A stretch of DNA of 24,000 nucleotides, from NCBI RefSeq assembly GCF_004752005.1, contig NZ_CP038493.1, positions 1,116,302 to 1,140,301 on the forward strand. The letters are read 5' to 3'. The first letter of the stretch is position 1, and each line of letters opens with the position of its first letter. Position numbers and translations under genes: made by a program. The DNA is from Thalassotalea sp. HSM 43. GTDB lineage: Bacteria > Pseudomonadota > Gammaproteobacteria > Enterobacterales > Alteromonadaceae. This document shows positions 18,018-24,000 of the stretch, one piece after another. The notes under the pieces were generated by a model that made no database searches, had not been told where the DNA came from, and saw nothing but the letters and a program-made list of their open reading frames with translations.

Positions 18018-19781
18018 ATGGCAGGATTAATCCCACGCTCCTTTATCGATGATCTTCTCGCTCGTACCGACATAGTCGATCTGGTGGAATCGCGCGTGCC
18101 ATTAAAAAAAGCCGGTAAGAATTATCAAGCGTGTTGTCCATTTCACAGCGAAAAAAGCCCATCGTTTACGGTCTCTCGCGACAAACAGTTTTATCACTGC
18201 TTTGGTTGCGGTGCGCACGGTAATGCCATCAGTTTTGTAATGGAATACGATAGACTTGAGTTTGTCGATGCCATCGAAGAGCTTGCCGGTTTTCACGGTA
18301 TGGAAGTTGAGCGCGAGCAAACCCACCAAAGCCCTGCTGAATTGAAAAAAGCGCAACTGGCGCACAGACAAAAACAAGATGATTATGAATTGCTTGGTCA
18401 GATCAGCCAGTTTTATCAGAAAAATCTGCGCCAGCACGCCGACTCTGCCATGGTTATCGAATACCTTAAAGGCCGTGGCTTAACCGGTGAAGTCGCCAAG
18501 CAATTTTCAATAGGCTACTCTGCAGACAGTTGGGACGACATGATGAAGGTGTTTGGTAACGCCAGTCAAAGTCAAAAACAACTGGTGGATTTAGGCATGG
18601 CGATTCAAGGCGATAAAAATCGCCCATACGATCGATTTCGTGGCCGTTTAATGTTCCCAATCAAAGACAAGCGAGGCCGAGTCATTGGTTTTGGTGGTCG
18701 AGTGATTCAAGATGGAACGCCTAAATACCTGAACTCGCCAGAAACCCGAATTTATCATAAAGGCCAGGAACTCTATGGCCTTTACGAAGCGAAGAAGTAT
18801 TGCAAAGACTTGCAGCGTTTGGTGGTGGTTGAAGGCTATATGGACGTTGTTGCCTTAGCGCAACATGGTATTCCGTATGCGGTAGCGTCATTAGGTACGT
18901 CGACTTCAACCGAGCAATTGCAAACCATGTTCCGTACCGTTAAAGAAGTTATCTGTTGCTACGACGGCGACAAAGCGGGTCGCGATGCGGCTTGGCGGGC
19001 CATGGAAAATGCTCTGCCATTGGTGCGTGATGGCATTAGCCTGAAGTTTGTTTTTGTTCCCGATGGTGAAGACCCAGATACTCTGATTCGCCAACAGGGT
19101 CAGCAAGCTTTCGAGAAATTACTTGATACCGCAACCCCGTTATCGCAGTTTTTATTCGATCATTTAATGCAGCAAGTGGATATCAATTCGCTCGAAGGTA
19201 AAGCATCCTTGGTTGAAACATTTCAACCGTATTTGCAAAAACTACCAGACAGTGTGTTAAAAGATTCAATTGTTAATGAGTTAGCCAATAAATTTGGCTC
19301 CGGCTCGCAGCAACAATTAGAGCGATTGAATCAAAACCAAGCCCGTAATGTGACAAAAAATGCAAAAAAATCCACCGCAAAAGTAACTCCGGTGAGATTA
19401 GCTATTGCATTATTGCTTGAGCATCCCCATTTAGTAAATGTACTCGATGATTTAAGCGTACTCGATCGAATCGAGATGCCCGGCATTGACTTGTTCAAAC
19501 AACTCATGCAGCAATGCAAACAAAAACCACAAATGAACTCTAGTCAGTTGATTGAAATGTGGCGTGGAACTGAACAAGAAAAAATATTGTCAAAGTTATT
19601 GATGTGGGAACACCACATTGATGGCGATGCGGCAGAACATGTGTTTACCGACATACTGGAAAAACTGATAAACAGTTTTGTCGAAAAACGTACCGAATTA
19701 TTGTTACAAAAAGCCCGTATGGGACAATTAAACTCGTCGGAAAAACAAGAACTTCAAGCGCTGATCAACGCGCAAAGCTAG
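18018..19781 (+). CDS. dnaG: DNA primase
   Basis: 587 aa. Has the CHC2 zinc finger CCPFHSEKSPSFTVSRDKQFYHCFGCGAHGN, the TOPRIM motifs VVVEGYMDV and YDGDKAGRDA, and a C-terminal DnaB-interaction region. Confidence 0.96.
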   Translation: MAGLIPRSFIDDLLARTDIVDLVESRVPLKKAGKNYQACCPFHSEKSPSFTVSRDKQFYHCFGCGAHGNAISFVMEYDRLEFVDAIEELAGFHGMEVEREQTHQSPAELKKAQLAHRQKQDDYELLGQISQFYQKNLRQHADSAMVIEYLKGRGLTGEVAKQFSIGYSADSWDDMMKVFGNASQSQKQLVDLGMAIQGDKNRPYDRFRGRLMFPIKDKRGRVIGFGGRVIQDGTPKYLNSPETRIYHKGQELYGLYEAKKYCKDLQRLVVVEGYMDVVALAQHGIPYAVASLGTSTSTEQLQTMFRTVKEVICCYDGDKAGRDAAWRAMENALPLVRDGISLKFVFVPDGEDPDTLIRQQGQQAFEKLLDTATPLSQFLFDHLMQQVDINSLEGKASLVETFQPYLQKLPDSVLKDSIVNELANKFGSGSQQQLERLNQNQARNVTKNAKKSTAKVTPVRLAIALLLEHPHLVNVLDDLSVLDRIEMPGIDLFKQLMQQCKQKPQMNSSQLIEMWRGTEQEKILSKLLMWEHHIDGDAAEHVFTDILEKLINSFVEKRTELLLQKARMGQLNSSEKQELQALINAQS

Positions 19782-19805
19782 GCTGAATAAGCCTCTAGCT
19801 TTAAC

Positions 19806-19834
19806 TGGAATTTCTTATTTCGTCTTGCTATAAT
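19806..19834 (+). promoter_or_regulatory. Candidate extended -10 promoter proximal to rpoD
   Basis: TGcTATAAT (19826-19834) with a weak -35 TGGAAT (19806-19811) at 17 bp. It lies in the dnaG-rpoD gap, about 50 nt upstream of the rpoD ATG. Motif only. Confidence 0.4.
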
Positions 19835-19886
19835 TTTGTCCTTTACTGTTTGTATTTTGATAGCCAAGACAGGTGGACATTCGTCA

Positions 19887-21734
19887 ATGGATCAAGCCCC
19901 ACAATCTAGACTTAAAGAACTTATCACTAAAGGTAAGGAGCAAGGGTTTTTAACCTTCGCTGAGGTAAACGATCACCTTCCACAAGACATCATAGATTCC
20001 GATCAGGTCGAAGATATTATTCGCATGATCAATGACATGGGTATTCAGGTGTTTGAAAACGCCCCTGATGCCGATGAACTTATGATGAGTGAAGCCAATA
20101 CCGATGAAGACGCAGCGGAAGCCGCGGCTCAAGCACTTGCTACGGTTGAAAGTGAAATAGGTCGTACGACTGACCCTGTGCGTATGTATATGCGCGAGAT
20201 GGGTACAGTTGAACTACTAACTCGTAAGGGTGAGATCGTCATCGCCAAGCGAATCGAAGAAGGTATTCGCGAAGTTCAACGAAGTGTTTCTGAGTATCCG
20301 CCAGCAATTAATTACTTGCTAGAGCAATGGGATAACTTTGAAGCGGAAGAAATTCGTTTAAGCGATATTATCATTGGATTTGCTGATCCGAATGCGGATG
20401 ATGAAATTGCACCTACCGCAACGCACGTTGGTTCTGAGCTTTCTCAAGAAGAACTTGCCGACGAAGATAATGACGGTAAGAAAGACGAAGATGAGGAAGA
20501 TGAAGAGGAAGAGGACACAGGTCCTTGTCCTGAGGAAGCACGCGAAAAATTCACTGAATTACGCCGTCTTTACGATGTTGCTAATAAAATCATCGATAAA
20601 AAAGGTCGTGGTCATAAAGATGCTATGCAAGCCATTGATGACATCGCCGAATTATTCAAAGAGTTTCGCCTAATACCTAAATTATTCGATCGCTTAGTGA
20701 AAAACATGCGTGACGTTATGGACCGTGTTCGTGTTCAAGAACGTCTTATCATGAAACACTGTGTGGTTGGCGCAGGTATGCCGAAGGTACACTTCATTAA
20801 GATCTTTCCTGGTAACGAAACCAAGACTGATTGGTTAGAAAGTGAAATTGCCGCTGGTAAACCGTACTCAGACAAATTGAAAATGGTCGATTTTGATATT
20901 GAGCGTTGTATTCACAAGCTTAATCAACTGGAAGAAGAAACCTACCTTTCAGTGCAAAGTATCAAAGACATCAACCGTCGCATGTCAATCGGTGAAGCGA
21001 AAGCTCGTCGAGCGAAAAAAGAGATGGTTGAAGCGAACTTACGTTTGGTTATTTCAATCGCCAAAAAATACACCAACCGTGGTCTACAATTCCTTGATTT
21101 GATTCAGGAAGGTAACATCGGTTTGATGAAGGCTGTTGATAAGTTTGAATACCGTCGTGGTTATAAGTTCTCAACTTATGCAACGTGGTGGATCCGTCAG
21201 GCAATCACCCGTTCAATCGCTGACCAAGCACGTACCATTCGTATCCCGGTACATATGATTGAAACCATCAACAAGCTAAATCGTATTTCTCGACAAATGC
21301 TACAGGAAATGGGCCGCGAGCCTACCCCTGAAGAACTTGCTGAACGCATGATGATGCCTGAAGACAAGATTCGCAAAGTATTGAAGATAGCTAAAGAGCC
21401 AATCTCAATGGAAACACCTATCGGCGACGATGAAGATTCGCACTTAGGTGACTTTATTGAAGACGGCAGTGGTGAGCTTCCAGTTGATGCGGCAACGACG
21501 GAAAACCTTAAAGCAGCAACTCATGAAGTTCTTGCCGGTTTAACCGCTCGTGAAGCCAAGGTTCTGAGAATGCGTTTTGGTATTGATATGAATACCGATC
21601 ACACGCTAGAAGAAGTTGGTAAGCAATTTGACGTTACTCGTGAGCGTATTCGTCAAATCGAAGCAAAAGCACTTCGTAAATTGCGTCACCCGTCTCGTTC
21701 AGAGCAATTAAAGAGCTTCTTGGACGGCGAATAA
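19887..21734 (+). CDS. rpoD: RNA polymerase sigma factor RpoD (sigma70)
   Basis: 615 aa from the ATG at 19887 ([23 protein letters not shown]...), preceded by AGGTGGA. Region 1.2 [12 protein letters not shown], region 2 [50 protein letters not shown] and region 4.2 [30 protein letters not shown] are all present. The ORF-track start at 19836 is a non-ATG extension. Confidence 0.97.
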   Translation: MDQAPQSRLKELITKGKEQGFLTFAEVNDHLPQDIIDSDQVEDIIRMINDMGIQVFENAPDADELMMSEANTDEDAAEAAAQALATVESEIGRTTDPVRMYMREMGTVELLTRKGEIVIAKRIEEGIREVQRSVSEYPPAINYLLEQWDNFEAEEIRLSDIIIGFADPNADDEIAPTATHVGSELSQEELADEDNDGKKDEDEEDEEEEDTGPCPEEAREKFTELRRLYDVANKIIDKKGRGHKDAMQAIDDIAELFKEFRLIPKLFDRLVKNMRDVMDRVRVQERLIMKHCVVGAGMPKVHFIKIFPGNETKTDWLESEIAAGKPYSDKLKMVDFDIERCIHKLNQLEEETYLSVQSIKDINRRMSIGEAKARRAKKEMVEANLRLVISIAKKYTNRGLQFLDLIQEGNIGLMKAVDKFEYRRGYKFSTYATWWIRQAITRSIADQARTIRIPVHMIETINKLNRISRQMLQEMGREPTPEELAERMMMPEDKIRKVLKIAKEPISMETPIGDDEDSHLGDFIEDGSGELPVDAATTENLKAATHEVLAGLTAREAKVLRMRFGIDMNTDHTLEEVGKQFDVTRERIRQIEAKALRKLRHPSRSEQLKSFLDGE

Positions 21735-21766
21735 ACGCCAAACCGCGTAAGCCAAAAAAGCTACTT

Positions 21767-21792
21767 GAAAGCCCGCTGATGCGGGCTTTTTT
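21767..21792 (+). terminator. Rho-independent terminator after rpoD
   Basis: Stem AAAGCCCGC (21768-21776), loop TGAT, then GCGGGCTTT (21781-89) running into T6. Confidence 0.9.
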
Positions 21793-21948
21793 ATGGGCGA
21801 CAAATCTTATACTTGCTAAGCCACTGAACACAGATACTCTGTACCATCTATTAGGGCAACAGCCTGTTCACCACTATTTCAGCATTTTTCGAGCAAAATC
21901 AGTAACTAGGATTATACTGATTATAAAGCAAGAATAATGATTTGAATC

Positions 21949-23010
21949 GTGACGAACTCAACAGAAAAGAAAAAATTTCTCAACAGCATCAACCACTTTC
22001 GTGGTATCGCCATTATCTTTATTGTGATGGCGCATTGTTATCGTCCTGCCGGTTGGGAAATCGTTACCTTAGCCGATAAGTTCTGGTTTAACCTGATGAT
22101 GAATGGCACGGTATTTTTTGTGTTCATCTCTGGCTTCTTGTTTCACCATGTATTTTATCATCGCTGGGACTACCGAAAATACATGAAGAACAAAACCAAA
22201 TATGTATTTTTACCCTATATATTGCTGTCCTTGCCCTGGATTATCTGGCATTTAACCGCTGCACCAGAGCCAACCCTGCACAACCTTCACGCCGACATAA
22301 GCGAAACATCCACCGCAGCGGCTTGGTATGTTATTACCGGCAGAGCGTTAACCGCTTATTGGTATATACCTATGGGCATGATGTTATTTGCCTTGTCCCC
22401 TTTGGTGATGCTGATGATCCGTAAACATTGGTTATTGTTAAGCGCGGTACCATTATTCTTAATTGCCATGTACGTGCATCGACCAATATCTAATCTTAAT
22501 GCCATCCAGTCATTGGTGTACTTTTTCCCGGTCTATTTAATTGGTGCGTGGGCATCCCGTCATCGTGACAAGCTGTTCCCATTTATCGATAAATATTGGC
22601 TAATCATGCTGTTAACGGCCATTGCTTTGGCGTTTATTCAAGCCTACTACTTTGGCCATGGGGTGTTAAATAAAGACGCCTTTGAAGCCACCGTGCCGGA
22701 TTTAATGCTGCCGCAAAAACTGCTTATCAACTTTGTGCTTTTGGCCATTCTCAATAAGTTCGAACACATTAGCATTGGCTTTTTACAAAAGTTGGCTGAA
22801 GTCAGCTTTGCTATTTACTTTATTCATCCGTGGATCACCACCCCTTGGTGGATGATTTACGATAGCCCAGATTTATTAGGAATCGCCGGCAAAGGAAATA
22901 TCTTCACCACCTTTATCGTTACTATGGTGGTCATCTATATCTCCTACCTTATCGCCGTGTTGATTAAAAAGTTGCTCGATAAGCGCAGTCGTTATCTGAT
23001 TGGTTGGTAA
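21949..23010 (+). CDS. Membrane acyltransferase, Acyl_transf_3 family (polysaccharide/glycan O-acyltransferase type)
   Basis: 353 aa and roughly 10 hydrophobic segments. The N-terminal motif FRGIAIIFIVMAHC (RG...V..H) is typical of the family. GTG is the only plausible start, because the upstream ATG at 21936 hits a stop after 2 codons and the next in-frame Met lies after the motif. Confidence 0.75.
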   Translation: MTNSTEKKKFLNSINHFRGIAIIFIVMAHCYRPAGWEIVTLADKFWFNLMMNGTVFFVFISGFLFHHVFYHRWDYRKYMKNKTKYVFLPYILLSLPWIIWHLTAAPEPTLHNLHADISETSTAAAWYVITGRALTAYWYIPMGMMLFALSPLVMLMIRKHWLLLSAVPLFLIAMYVHRPISNLNAIQSLVYFFPVYLIGAWASRHRDKLFPFIDKYWLIMLLTAIALAFIQAYYFGHGVLNKDAFEATVPDLMLPQKLLINFVLLAILNKFEHISIGFLQKLAEVSFAIYFIHPWITTPWWMIYDSPDLLGIAGKGNIFTTFIVTMVVIYISYLIAVLIKKLLDKRSRYLIGW

Positions 23011-23025
23011 CAATAAGAAGAATCT

Positions 23026-23682
23026 ATGAAATTTACGTATCCACTCTTAGGGCTATTAGTTTGCCTTTGTATTAACAGCAGCCAAGCCTTGGCCGCATCA
23101 TATGAAGAATATTGGGAACTGACCTTTTTTGGTGGTCACCGTACCTCAGATAATATCGAACCCGATGAAGAAGACGATGACGACGAAGTAAGCATCGATG
23201 AAACCGAATATTATGAAATAGATTTTGATAATGCCGGCTCTGGTGGTGTTATCTTGGGTTGGAACTTTGATTACAATCGTACCGGTGAGCTGTTGTTTAG
23301 CCACAGTGTCACTGATTTTGATGTCGAATTTGATTTAGCGGATACCGAGGTCAGCGTCAGTTACTTGCATATTGGCGGCACCGTGACCATCTCTGAAGGC
23401 AAAGTACCATTTCATATTGGTGGTGGCCTAGGTGTCGCGCACCTTGACCCTAGCGATAAGAGCTTAGATTCAGAAACACGTATATCGGCCAACTTAGGCG
23501 CCGGAGTGAAGTTTTTGTTTAGCGATAGTTTGAGTCTGCGTCTTGATGCTCGTGGCTACGGGACATTTTTTGATAGCGACAGCTACATATTTTGTTCAGG
23601 TAATAAGGGCTGTTTGATCAGAAGTTCAAGTAAGCTATGGCTACAAGCTGAATTTGCCTTGGGTTTAACCTACCGCTTTTAA
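23026..23682 (+). CDS. Small outer-membrane beta-barrel protein (8-strand OMP_b-brl type) with acidic surface loop
   Basis: 218 aa. It has a signal peptide MKFTYPLLGLLVCLCINSSQALA|A, eight amphipathic beta-strand-like segments and the C-terminal OMP signature LGLTYRF. It starts 15 nt after the acyltransferase stop, with an AAGAAG Shine-Dalgarno-like run. Confidence 0.7.
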   Translation: MKFTYPLLGLLVCLCINSSQALAASYEEYWELTFFGGHRTSDNIEPDEEDDDDEVSIDETEYYEIDFDNAGSGGVILGWNFDYNRTGELLFSHSVTDFDVEFDLADTEVSVSYLHIGGTVTISEGKVPFHIGGGLGVAHLDPSDKSLDSETRISANLGAGVKFLFSDSLSLRLDARGYGTFFDSDSYIFCSGNKGCLIRSSSKLWLQAEFALGLTYRF

Positions 23683-23700
23683 CAAATATAACTCTTTCAA

Positions 23701-24000
23701 CTAAGCCGAAACGACTCGATTACGACCGGCTTTTTTGGCTTTATACAAGGCTTGGTCGGCAATTTTAATGGTGTCATCAAAGCTCATTTGTTTTTGATGT
23801 ACAGCAACTCCAATAGAGACCGTCACGTGCACCGTTTTGGTCGTGACTTTTGAGCCTTTACGATCTTGTTTTCCCTGACGGTTAAGTTGCCTAATAGCCA
23901 TTTTATAGTGCGCGATAAGTTTTCTCATGCGCTCTAACTCTGCCATAACTTGTTCGCTATTTTTGCGCGGAAATATCAATGAAAACTCTTCACCACCATA
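23701..24000 (-). CDS. GGDEF-domain diguanylate cyclase, C-terminal part (N-terminus outside window)
   Basis: Reverse translation from the window edge reads YGGEEFSLIFPRKNSEQV..., which is the GGEEF active-site motif. The C-terminus VSIGVAVH...ADQALYKAKKAGRNRVV is typical of GGDEF domains. The frame is open to nt 24000. Confidence 0.85.
   Translation of the reverse strand, partial: YGGEEFSLIFPRKNSEQVMAELERMRKLIAHYKMAIRQLNRQGKQDRKGSKVTTKTVHVTVSIGVAVHQKQMSFDDTIKIADQALYKAKKAGRNRVVSA

Noticed and set aside
19836-19886. ORF-track N-terminal extensions of rpoD (start 19836) and rpsU (GTG at 17154).
   Set aside because: The extensions use non-ATG starts, add non-conserved residues, and overlap the Shine-Dalgarno sequences that serve the conserved ATG starts (19887 for [12 protein letters not shown].., 17166 for MPVIKVRE..).
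21933-21951. Fur-box-like ATAATGAT upstream of the acyltransferase GTG.
   Set aside because: Aligned to the 19-bp consensus GATAATGATAATCATTATC, only about 11 of 19 positions match. The second half is essentially unmatched, which is too weak.

Overview
This 24 kb window looks like a chromosomal segment of a marine-type gammaproteobacterium. The gene order and protein motifs resemble Alteromonadales or Vibrio-like genomes, but that taxon is inference only. Roughly 80% is core housekeeping in well-known synteny: a leu leader/attenuator plus leuABCD; an exeAB/gspAB-type type II secretion accessory pair; cca-yccU; uppP-folK-folB on the minus strand, divergent from plsY; and tsaD divergent from the macromolecular-synthesis operon rpsU-yqeY-dnaG-rpoD. 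All housekeeping ORFs are intact and of expected length. Accessory-looking content sits at the two ends. On the left (1-3649) is the tail of a surface-polysaccharide locus: a 5'-truncated wzi plus two tandem TagB/TagF-like polyol-phosphate transferases. On the right (21949-24000) is an Acyl_transf_3 membrane acyltransferase co-oriented with a small 8-strand outer-membrane barrel that carries an extremely acidic loop, convergent with a GGDEF fragment. I found no rRNA, tRNA, CRISPR array, transposase, integrase, or recognisable defence or toxin-antitoxin system. I see no convincing evidence for a wholly new multi-gene system. The best second-look candidates are the teichoic-acid-like module beside wzi and the acyltransferase-OMP pair. 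All functional calls rest on motif recognition by eye from the translations and on manual inspection of intergenic DNA. No database search or folding computation was run.
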